Positions 24,201-36,089 of a DNA stretch of 64,000 bases are shown in pieces (position 1 is the first letter of the stretch; every line of letters begins with the position of its first letter). Origin of the DNA: Balanoglossus misakiensis (Eukaryota; Animalia; Hemichordata); the NCBI GenBank assembly GCA_040954595.2, contig CM082582.2:372001-436000 (forward strand), read 5' to 3'. The notes beneath the pieces are model-generated. The model saw nothing but the letters and a program-made list of their open reading frames with translations, was not told the DNA's origin and did no database searches. A program made the position numbers and the translations under genes.

Positions 24201-27200
24201 TAAAAATGGTGCTGATTATAAAAAATGCACTCTGAATGAACTGATTTAATACAAAATTACGTTTTATTCGTTTTTGCACCTAAAAGGTCATTTTTAGGCA
24301 AAACATTCTTTATTTTTTTAATTCGGTGACCTGATCATATATAAAGAATGGCTTGTATGTTAAAAGTTTTTATGACTTTTAAAAGCAGTGACACTGGCGG
24401 CATTCAACACGAAAATAACAATTTTAGCCACAATTTGGTCAAAATGGAAAATTTTTTCAAAATTACAAAAAATACCCTTTTCTACATTTTCGGAAATCTG
24501 ATGGAGTATAGAAGGCTCTTCGTATGTATATATCGATACAAATTCCACAAAAAACCGTCTAATTTGGCTCACTGCAGACAAAATTGCGTTTTACCAAATT
24601 TTCCTTGAAAATGTCATTTTTAGAAAAAAAAATAAAGAAAACCTTTGTTCTTCGAATTTGGTGCCCCGATCATATATGACATGTTGATTGTATGTTAAAA
24701 GTTTCGACCACTCCAAAAATGCAGAGATATTGACGGAATTCAAGAAAAAATAGCCATTTTGGCCATATTTTGACAAAAATGGTAAAATTTTAAAAAATCA
24801 TAAAAAATTAACTCTTTTCTTCATTTTCGGAAATATTATGGAGCATGAAGTGTCGTTCTCTTGTAAAAAGTGCTGCAAATTCCAGAAAAGGTGGTATAAT
24901 TTGAATCACCCAAGACAAAATTACCATTTTCGCCTTTGTTTCGAAAAATTGTCTTTTTTACAAAATAAATAAGAATACATTCTTTTCTTAGTTTCAAACG
25001 GGTAGAGATACTTTCTACACGGGTTTTCTAACATTGAATTCCCGTTCATCAACTCAGATTTCCTACAGCATAAGTCGGCTAAAACCCTGAGACTTTAGAG
25101 CAGAAACAGTTGCACACTGGTAACGTTGAACAAGTCGATTTTTCTACGGCCTGGCTCGGCTAAATCTCCGTCACAATATGACAGACACTATCGGACGTTA
25201 GCAACGGTGATCAAGTCAGATTTTCTACGGCATGGCTTGGATAAAGCCCCGGCACTCTAGAGCAGAAACACGCGTACAGAGACCACGTTGATCTACTCAC
25301 ATTTCCTTCGGCCTGGCACGGCTGATGCCCCGGCACTATATATAGGACACAGACTGGCGTAAGTTAACAACGGTAATCACGTCGGGTTTCCTACGGCCTG
25401 GCTCAGATGAAGCCCCGGCACTCTAGAGCAGAAACAGGCGTACAGTGACCACGTTGATCAAGTCAGATTTCCTACGGCGTGACTCGGCTGGTGCACCGGC
25501 TCTATATGACACAGACTGGCGTAAGTTATCAACGGTGATTACGTCGGATTTCCTACGGCATGGTTTAGCTGAAGCCCCGGCACTTCAGAGCGGAAACACG
25601 CGTACATTGACCACGATGATCAAGTCAGATCTCCTACGGCCTGGCTCGACTAAAACCCCGGCACACCATGACAGACACTAGCGTTCGTTAGCAACGGTGA
25701 TCAAGTCGGATTTTCTTCGGCCTGGCTCTGCAAAAGACCCGACACATTAGTACAGAGACGTTGGCTAAGTCGGGCAAACCGAAGAGGGAAAGTCACAGCG
25801 GGTCAACACTCGACATTTGTTCGGGTAGGACTGCATTATTGCCTGTCAATTTATAGAGAAAGCCCGAATTTAACCAGGGCGTTTCAAACACCGACGTTAT
25901 TTGGGGGCACGGCCTGCAGTACTGCCGGGTAAGCTGACATCGGCGTACCGCATATAATGTAGGGGGGGGGGGACAGAACGGTTCAATACTACATTTATTA
26001 GATATCAGCTAATTTTGGACAATCATCTAAAATCTAAATCATTTTTTCATATTTGGATATCTGATGATGTATGAAATTTCCAATATATGTAAAAATGGTG
26101 CTGATTATAAAAAATGCACTCTGAATGAGCTGATTTAATACAAAATTGCGTTTTATTCGTTTTTGCACCAAAAAGGTCATTTTTAGGCAAAACATTCTTT
26201 ATTTTTTTAATTCGGTGACCTGATCATATATAAGCAATTGCTTGCATGTTAAAAGTTTTTATGACTTTTAAAAGCAGTGACACTGGCGGCATTCAACACG
26301 AAAATAACAATTTTAGCCACAATTCGGTCAAAATGGTAAATTTTTGAAAATTACAAAAAATACCTGTTTTCTACATTTTCGGAAATCTGATGGAGTATAG
26401 AATGCTCTTCGTATGTATATATCGATACAAATTCCACAAAAGACCGTCTAATTTGGCTCACTGCAGACAAAATTGCGTTTTACCAAATTTTCCTTGAAAA
26501 TGTCATTTTTAGAAAAATAAAATAAAAAAACCTTCGTTCTTCGAATTTGGTGCCCTGATCATATATGACATGTTGATTGTATGTTAAAACTTTCGACCAC
26601 TCCAAAAATGCAGAGATATTGACGGAATTCAAGAAAAAATAGCCATTTTGGCCATATTTTGACAAAAATGGTAAATTTTTAAAAAATCATAAAAAATTAA
26701 CTCTTTTCTTCATTTTCGGAAATATTATAGAGCATGAAGTGTCGTTCTCTTGTAAAAAGTGCTGCAAATTCCAGAAAAGGCGGTATAATTTGAATCACCC
26801 AAGACAAAATTACCATTTTCGACTTTTTTTCGAAATATTGTTTTTTTACAAAATAAATAAGAATAAATTCTTTTCTTAGTTCCAAACGGGTAGAGATACT
26901 TTCCACACGGATTTCTAACATTGAATTCCCGTTCATCAACTCAGATTTCCTACAGCATAAGTCGGCTAAAACCCTGACACTCTAGAGCAGAAACAGTTGC
27001 ACACTGGTAACGTTGAACAAGTTGATTTTTCTACGGCCTGGCTCGGCTAAATCTCCGTCACAATATGACAGACACTAGCGTACGTTAGCAACGGTGATCA
27101 AGTCAGATTTTCTACGGCATGGCTTGGATAAAGCCCCGGCACTCTAGAGCAGAAACACGCGTACAGAGACCACGTTGATCAAGTCTGATCTCCTACGGCT

Positions 27201-29686
27201 TGGCTCGACTAAAACCCCGGCACACTATGACAGACATTAGCGTTCGTTAGCAACGTTGATCAAGTCAGATTTCCTACGGCATGGCTTGGCTAAAGCCCTG
27301 GCACTCTAGAGCAGAAACACGCGTACAGAGACCACGTTGATCTACTCACATTTCCTTCGGCCTGGCACGGCTGATGCCCCGGCACTATATATAGGACACA
27401 AACTGGCGTAAGTTAACAACGGTAATCACGTCGGGTTTCCCACGGCCTGGCTCAGCTGAAGCCCCGGCACTCTAGAGCAGAAACAGGCGTACATTGACCA
27501 CGTTGGTCAAGTAAGATTTCCTACGGCGTGACTCGGCTGGTGCACCGGCTCTATATGACACAGACTGGCGTAAGTTATCAACGGTGATTACGTCGGATTT
27601 CCTACGGCCTGGTGTAGCTGAAGCCCCGGCCCTTTAGAGCGGAAACACGCGTACATTGACCACGATAATCAAGTCAGATCTCCTACGGCCTGGCTCGACT
27701 AAAACCCCGGCACACCATGACAGACACTAGCGTTCGTTAGCAACGGTGATCAAGTCTGATTTCCTTCGGCCTGGCTCTGCAAAAGACCCGACACATTAGT
27801 ACAAAGACGTTGGCTAAGTCGGGCAAACCGAAGAGGGAAAGTCACAGCGGGTCAATACTCGACATTTGTTCCGGTAGGACTACATTATTGGCTGTCAATT
27901 TATAGAGAAAGCCCGAATTTAACCAGGGCGTTTCAAACACCGACGTTAGTTGTGGGCACGGCCTGCAGTACTGATGGGTAAGCTGACATCGGCGTACCGC
28001 ATGTAATGTAGGGGGGGGGACAGAACGGTTCAATACTACATTTATTAGATATCAGCTACTTTAGGACAATCATCTAAAATCTAAATCATTTTTTCATATT
28101 TGGATATCTGATGATGTATGAAATTTCCATTATATGTAAAAATGGTGCTGATTATAAAAAATGCACTCTGAATGAGCTGATTTAATACAAAATTGCGTTT
28201 TATTCGTTTTTGCACCAAAAAGGTCATTTTTAGGGAAAACATTCTTTATTCTTTAAATTCGGTGACCTGATCATATATAAACAATTGCTTGTATGTTAAA
28301 AGTTTTAATGACTTTTATAAGCAGTGACACTGGCGGCATTCAACGCGAAAATAACAATTTTAGCCACAATTCGGTCAAAATGGTAAATTTTTGAAAATTA
28401 CAAAAAATACCTGTTTTCTACATTTTCGGAAATCTGATGGAGTATAGAATGCTCTTCGTATGTATATATCGATACAAATTCCACAAAAGACCGTCTAATT
28501 TGGCTCACTGCAGACAAAATTGCGTTTTACCAAATTTTCCTTGAAAATGTCATTTTTAGAAAAAAAAATAAAAAACCTTTGTTCTTCGAATTTAGTGCCT
28601 GATCATATATGACATGTTGATTGTATGTTAAAACTTTCGACCACTCCAAAAATGCTGAGATATTGACGGAATTCAAGAAAAAATAGCCATTTTGGCCATA
28701 TTTTGACAAAAATGGTAAATTTTTAAAAAATCATAAAAAATTAACTCTTTTCTTCATTTTCGGAAATATTATAGAGCATGAAGTGTCGTTCTCTTGTAAA
28801 AAGTGCTGCAAATTCCAGAAAAGGCGGTATAATTTGAATCACCCAAGACAAAATTACCATTTTCGACTTTTTTTCGAAATATTGTTTTTTTACAAAATAA
28901 ATAAGAATAAATTCTTTTCTTAGTTCCAAACGGGTAGAGATACTTTCCACACGGATTTCTAACATTGAATTCCCGTTCATCAACTCAGATTTCCTACAAG
29001 TCGGCTAAAACCCTGACACTCTAGAACAGAAACAGTTGCACACTGGTAACGTTGAACAAGTCGATTTTTCTACGGCCTGGCTCGGCTAAATCTCCGTCAC
29101 AATATGACAGACACTAGCGTAGGTTAGCAACGGTGATCAAGTCAGATTTTCTACGGCATGGCTTGGATAAAGCCCCGGCACTCCAGAGCAGAAACACGCG
29201 TACAGAGACCACGTTGATCAAGTCTGATCTCCTACGGCTTGGTTCGACTAAAACCCCGGCACACTATGACAGACACTAGCGTTCGTTAGCAACGGTGATC
29301 AAGTCAGATTTTCTACGGCATGGCTTGGCTAAAGCCCTGGCACTCTAGAGCAGAAACACGCGTACAGAGACCACGTTGATCTATTCACATTTCCTTCGGC
29401 CTGGCACGGCTGATGCCCCGGCACTATATATAGGACACAAACTGGCGTAAGTTAACAACGGTAATCACGTCGGGTTTCCTACGGCCTGGCTTAGCTGAAG
29501 CCCCGGCTCTCTAGAGCAGAAACAGGCGTACATTGACCACGTTGATCAAGTAAGATTTCCTACGGCGTGACTCGGCTGGTACACCGGCTCTATATGACAC
29601 AGACTGGCGTAAGTTATCCACGGTGATTACGTCGGATTTCCTACGGCCTGGTTTAGCTGAAGCCCCGGCACTTTAGAGCGGAAACA
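18217..29686 (-). repeat. Array block B (inverted orientation, ~5.5 units)
   Basis: Reverse-complement motifs gatcaagtcagatttcctacggc and poly-G tracts (~19776, 21824, 24070, 25962, 28011). The ORF-track motifs switch to the - strand here. Confidence 0.95.
23112..23299 (-). mobile_element. 5'-truncated non-LTR retrotransposon 3' end, L2/CR1-group LINE (most like L2 clade)
   Basis: Absent from all other units. Flanked by TSD agcgtt (23106-23111 and 23300-23305). The - strand reads N-I-F-K-R-N-L-K-T-Y-L-F-T-R-F-H-V-stop (stop at 23245-23247), matching the FKxxLKT(H/Y)LF C-terminal motif known from L2 ORF2. Then a short 3' UTR, an 8-bp stem (aatgcgct 23144-23151 / agcgcatt 23165-23172, 13-nt loop) and a (TAA)n tail at 23112-23131. 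Confidence 0.9.
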
Positions 29687-30681
29687 TGTAGAAAACAGGT
29701 ATTTTTTGTAATTTTCAAAAATTTACCATTTTGACCGAATTGTGGCTAAAATTGTTATTTTCGTGTTGAATGCCGCCAGTGTCACTGCTTTTAATAGTCA
29801 TAAAAACTTTTAACATACAAGCAATTGTTTATATATGATAAGGTCACCGTATTAAAAAAATAAAGAATGTTTTGACTAAAAATGACCTTTTTGGTGCAAA
29901 AACGAATAAAACGCAATTTTGTATTAAATCAGCTCATTCAGAGTGCATTTTTTATAATCAGCACCATTTTTACATATAATGGAAATTTCATACATCATCA
30001 GATATCCAAATATGAAAAAATGATTTAGATTTTAGATGATTGTCCAAAAGTAGCTGATATCTAATAAATGTAGTATTGAACCGTTCTGTCCCCCCCCCCC
30101 CTACATTACATGCGGTACGCCGATGTCAGCTTACCCATCAGTACTGCAGGCCGTGCCCACAACTAACGTCGGTGTTTGAAACGCCCTGGTTAAATTCGGG
30201 CTTTCTCTATAAATTGACAGGCAATAATGTAGTCCTACCGGAACAAATGTCGAGTTTTGACCCGCTGTGACTTTCCCTCTTCGGTTTGCCCGACTTAGCC
30301 AACGTCTTTGTACTAGAGTGTCGGGTCTTTTGCAGAGCCAGGCCGAAGGAAATCCGACTTGATCACCGTTGCTAACGAACGCTAGTGTCTGTCATGGTGT
30401 GCCGGGGTTTTAGTCGAGCCAGGCCGTAGGAGATCTGACTTGATCATCGTGGTCAATGTACGCGTGTTTCCGCTCTAAAGTGCCGGGGCTTCAGCTAAAC
30501 CAGGCCGTAGGAAATCCGACGTAATCACCGTTGATAACTTACGCCAGTCTGTGTCATATAGAGCCGGTGTACCAGCCGAGTCACGCCGTAGGAAATCTTA
30601 CTTGATCAACGTGGTCAATGTACGCCTGTTTCTGCTCTAGAGAGCCGGGGCTTCAGCTGAGCCAGGCCGTAGGAAACCCGA
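29686..30681 (+). repeat. Array block C (1-kb forward island: end of AT domain, linker and ~4.5 81-bp subrepeats)
   Basis: Begins atgtagaaaacaggt (forward AT domain), has poly-C at ~30090, and ends at aggaaacccga. Confidence 0.95.
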
Positions 30682-33600
30682 TTTTTCTACGGCCTGGCTC
30701 GGCTAAATCTCGTCACAATATGACAGACACTAGCGTACGTTAGCAACGGTGATCAAGTCAGATTTTCAACGGCATGGGTTGGATAAAGCCCCGGCACTCT
30801 AGAGCAGAAACACGCGTACAGAGACCACGTTGATCAAGTCTGATCTCCTACGGCTTGGCTCGACTAAAACCCCGGCACACTATGACAGACACTAGCGTTC
30901 GTTAGCAACTTTGATCAAGTCAGATTTCCTACGGCATGGCTTAACTAAAGCCCTGGCACTCTAGAGCAGAAACACGCGTACAGAGACCACGTTGATCTTC
31001 TCACATTTCCTTCGGCCTGGCACGGCTGATGCCCCGGCACTATATATAGGACACAGACTGGCGTAAGTTAACAACGGTAATCACGTCGGGTTTTCTTACG
31101 GCCTGGCTCAGCTGAAGCCCCGGCACTCTAGAGCAGAAACAGGCGTACATTGACCACGTTGATCAAGTCAGATTTCCTACGGCGTGACTCGGCTGGTGCA
31201 CCGGCTCTATATGACACAGACTGGCGTAAGTTATCAACGGTGATTACGTCGGATTTCCTACGGCCTGGTTTAGCTGAAGCCCCGGCACTTTAGAGCGGAA
31301 ACACGCGTACATTGACCACGATGATCAAGTCAGATCTCCTACGGCCTGGCTCGACTAAAACCCCGGCACACCATGACAGACACTAGCGTTCGTTAGCAAC
31401 GGTGATCAAGTCGGATTTCCTTCGGCCTGGCTCTGCAAAAGACCCGAAACTCTAGTACAAAGACGTTGGCTAAGTCGGGCAAACCGAACAGGGAAAGTCA
31501 CAGCGGTTCAACACTTGACATTTGTTCCGGTAGGACTGCATTATTGCCTGTCGATTTATAGAGAGAGCCCGAATTTAACCAGGGCGTTTCAAACACCGAC
31601 GTTTGTTGGGGGCACGGCCTACAGTACTGCCGGGTAAGCTGACATCGGCGTACCGCATATAATGTAAGGGGGGGGGGGCAGAACGGTTCAATACTACATT
31701 TATTAGATATCAGCTAATTTTGGACAATCATCTAAAATCTAAATCATTTTTTCATATTTGGATATCTGATGATTTTTTGTATGAAATTTCCATTATATGT
31801 AAAATTGGTGCTTATTATAAAACATGCACTCTGAATGAACTGATTTAATACAAGATTGCGTTTTATTCGTTTTTGCACCAAAAAGGTCATTTTTAGGCAA
31901 AACATTCTTTATTTTTTTAATTCGGTGACCTGATCATATATAAACAATTGCTTGTATGTTAAACGTTTTAATGACTTTTAAAAGCAGTGACACTGGCGGC
32001 ATTCATCACGAAAATAACAATTTTAGCCACAATTTAGTCAAAATAGTAAATTTTTGAAATTTACAAAAAATACCTGTTTTCTACATTTTCGGAAATCTGA
32101 TGGAGTGTAGAATGCTCTTCGTATGTATATATCGATACAATTTCCACAAAAGACCGTCTAATTTGGCTCACTGCAGACAAAATTGCGTTTTACCAAATTT
32201 TCCTTGAAAATGTCATTTTTAGAAAAAAAAAAAAAAAAAACCTTTGTTCTTCGAATTTGGTGCCCTGATCATATATGACATGTTGATTGTATGTTAAAAC
32301 TCTCGACTACTCCAAAAATGCTGAGATATTGATGGAATTCAAGAAAAATAGCCATTTTGGCCATATTGTGACAAAAATGGTAAATTTTTGAAAAATCATA
32401 AAAAATTAACTCTTTTCTTCATTTTCGGAAATATTATGGAGCATGAAGTGTCGTTCTCTTGTAAAAAGTGCTGCAAATTCCAGAAAAGGCGGTATAATTT
32501 GAATCACCCAAGACAAAATTGCAATTTTTCGACTTTTTTTTCGAAAAATTGTCTTTTTTACAAAATAAATAAGAATAAATTCTTTTCTTAGTCTCAAACG
32601 GGTAGAGATACTTTCCACACGGGTTTTCTAACATTGAATTCCCGTTCATCAACTCAGATTTCCTACAGCATAAGTCGGCTAAAACCCTGACACTCTAGAG
32701 CAGAAACAGTTGCACACTGGTAACGTTGAACAAGTCGATTTTTCTACGGCCTGGCTCGGCTAAATCTCCGTCACAATATGACAGACACTAGCGTACGTTA
32801 GCAACGGTGATCAAGTCAGATTTTCTACGGCATGGGTTGGATAAAGCCCCGGCACTCTAGAGCAGAAACACGCGTACAGAGACCACGTTGATCAAGTCTG
32901 ATCTCCTACGGCTTGGCTCGACTAAAACCCCGGCACACTATGACAGACACTAGCGTTCGTTAGCAGCGTTGATCAAGTCAGATTTCCTACGGCATGGCTT
33001 GGCTAAAGCCCTGGCACTCTAGAGCAGAAACACGCGTACAGAGACCACGTTGATCTACTCACATTTCCTTCGGCCTGGCACGGCTGATGCCCCGGCACTA
33101 TATATAGGACACAAACTGGCGTAAGTTAACAACGGTAATCACGTCGGGTTTCCTACGGCCTGGCTCAGCTGAAGCCCCGGCACTCTAGAGCAGAAACAGG
33201 CGTACATTGACCACGTTGATCAAGTCAGATTTCCTACGGCGTGACTCGGCTGGTGCACCGGCTCTATATGACACAGACTGGCGTAAGTTATCAACGGTGA
33301 TTACGTCGGATTTCCTACGGCCTGGTTTAGCTGAAGCCCCGGCACTTTAGAGCGGAAACACGCGTACATTGACCACGATGATCAAGTCAGATCTCCTACG
33401 GCCTGGCTCGACTAATACCCCGGCACACCATGACAGACACTAGCGTTCGTTAGCAACGGTGATCAAGTCGGATTTCCTTCGGCCTGGCTCTGCAAAAGAC
33501 CCGACACTCTAGTACAAAGACGTTGGCTAAGTTGGGCAAACCGAAGAGGGAAAGTCGCAGCGGGTCAACACTCGACATTTGTTCCGGTAGGACTGCATTA

Positions 33601-34907
33601 TTGCCTGTCGATTTATAGAGAGAGCCCGAATTTAACCAGGGCGTTTCAAACACCGACGTTTGTTGGGGGCACGGCCTACAGTACTGCCGGGTAAGCTGAC
33701 ATCGGCGTACCGCATATAATGTAAGGGGGGGGGGGGACAGAACGGTTCAATACTACATTTATTAGATATCAGCTAATTTTGGACAATCATCTAAAATCTA
33801 AATCATTTTTTCATATTTGGATATCTGATGATGTATGAAATTTCCATATATATGTAAAAATGGTGCTTATTATAAAACATGCACTCTGAATGAACTGATT
33901 TAATACAAGATTGCGTTTTATTCGTTTTTGCACCAAAAAGGTCATTTTTAGGCAAAACATTCTTTATATTTTTAATTCGGTGACCTGATCATATATAAAC
34001 AATTGCTTGTATGTTAAACGTTTTTATGACTTTTAAAAGCAGTGACACTGGCGGCATTCATCACGAAAATAACAATTTTAGCCACAATTTGGTCAAAATG
34101 GTAAATTTTTGAAAATTACAAAAATACCTGTTTTCTACATTTTCGGAAATCTGATGGAGTATAGAATGCTCTTCGTATGTATATATCGATACAAATTCCA
34201 CAAAAGACCGTCTAATTTGGCTCACTGCAGACAAAATTGCGTTTTACCAAATTTTCCTTGAAAATGTCATTTTTAGAAAAAAAAATAAAAAAACCTTTGT
34301 TCTTCGAATTTGGTGCCCTGATCATATATGACATGTTGATTGTATGTTAAAACTCTCGACCACTCCAAAAATGCAGAGATATTGACGGAATTCAAGAAAA
34401 ATAGCCATTTTGGCCATATTTTGAGAAAAATGGTAATTTTTTGAAAAATCATGAAAAATTAACTCTTTTCTTCATTTTCGGAAATATTATGGAGCATGAA
34501 GTGTCGTTCTCTTGTAAAAAGTGCTGCAAATTCCAGAAAAGGCGGTATAATTTGAATCACCCAAGACAAAATTGCAATTTTTCGACTTTTTTTCGAAAAA
34601 TTGTCTTTTTTACAAAATAAATAAGAATAAATTATTTTCTTAGTTTCAAAAGGGTAGAGATACTTTCCACACGGATTTCTAACATTGAATTCCCGTTCAT
34701 CAACTCAGATTTCCTACAGCATAAGTCGGCTAAAACCCTGACACTCTAGAGCAGAAACAGTTGCACAATGGTAACGTTGAACAAGTCGATTTTTCTACGG
34801 CCTGGCTCGGCTAAATCTCCGTCACACTAGTCCTGTTTCAAAATGACCTACATTACACGTCCTATACACATGTATTGCATGTTCTGATTGGTTTATCCGC
34901 TTCTCTA

Positions 34908-35050
34908 AGGTCCACTTGCGGCACGCTGATTGGAGGGACCTTGTAGGTTAGGTCCTATTACTATGTATTATTCATTAGACCTTGTAGGTTAGGTCTTATT
35001 ACTATGCATTATTCACTTTACAGCTCCCTGATTGGTTAACGTGTCAGTCT
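34908..35050 (+). repeat. Left subterminal inverted arm of the 1.3-kb element
   Basis: Imperfect reverse complement of 35946-36089. The first 35 bp (aggtccacttgcggcacgctgattggagggacctt) are identical to the reverse complement of 36055-36089. Part of the arm (~34978-35070) is repeated directly again at ~35084-35177. Confidence 0.9.
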
Positions 35051-35945
35051 GGTCCCCCATGTGTTCACTGTCTCATTATACAGGACCTTGTAGGTTATGT
35101 CTTATTAATATGTATTTATTCACCATACAGCTCCCTGATTGGTTAACGTGTCAGTCTGGTCCCCCCAGTGTTCACTGCCTCATTGTGAAATGTCCCATGT
35201 GCTTCCTGGCTAGCGTTGTGGTAACACATTATTCGGGATGTCCGCAGATCATTCATTGATTTTCTGAGAAATTGCCTGACTGATACTATCTCCAACATAA
35301 ACCGCACCGTGGAAAAATTAAATGATTTTTAGATGGACTTTGAAAATCTGATTAACTCATCTAAGCATTTTTGCTAACAGTTGTATATTTTTTAATCACC
35401 CTCCTACTTCTCATCATCAATATTATTATTGTTGTTTTACTATTTTAAAGTAAATTTGTTTTGACGAAGATGTTGTGATAAGGAGCACGTTGTCCGTTTA
35501 TACATTCGTATATTGTTTTCATAAAAATTGAACTATGACGGTGCAGCTTCGTGAAAGAAGTAATGTTATTCTAAACATTTCCATTGTAAGATATTTTTGG
35601 TTTGCTCGAATGAATAGCACACACTTCGTATTCAGCCAGGTGTTACACGAAGTGATGCGCTGAAAGGCATTACGTAACAAAACACTAGCCCATTTCAACA
35701 AACCGCCACTGGAAATAAAATACGAAATTTCTCCTGGCAATTTTTATTTCGAGTATCTAGTTCACAGTATCACATAAAATGCCATGAATAGTGAAGGAAA
35801 AGGTGAAATCCAATCATTATACGAGTGCCTTTCTTTATACACTGGGATCGAGCTTCGACAACGCGCAGGCAGCATGGCAGACAGAATACGACAACAGTAT
35901 TCAGAAAGTACAAAAAACTTTGCATAACGAGGCAGTGAAAACTGG

Positions 35946-36089
35946 AGACCTACACATTAACCAATCAGGGAGCTGAAAATTGAATAAATACATATTAATA
36001 AGACCTAACCTACAAGGTCTAGTGAATAATACATAATAATAAGACCTAACACATAAGGTCCCTCCAATCAGCGTGCCGCAAGTGGACCT
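35946..36089 (-). repeat. Right subterminal inverted arm of the 1.3-kb element
   Basis: Reverse complement aligns with 34908-35050 and contains two ~41-bp agacct-N8-aggtc subunits. Confidence 0.9.
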
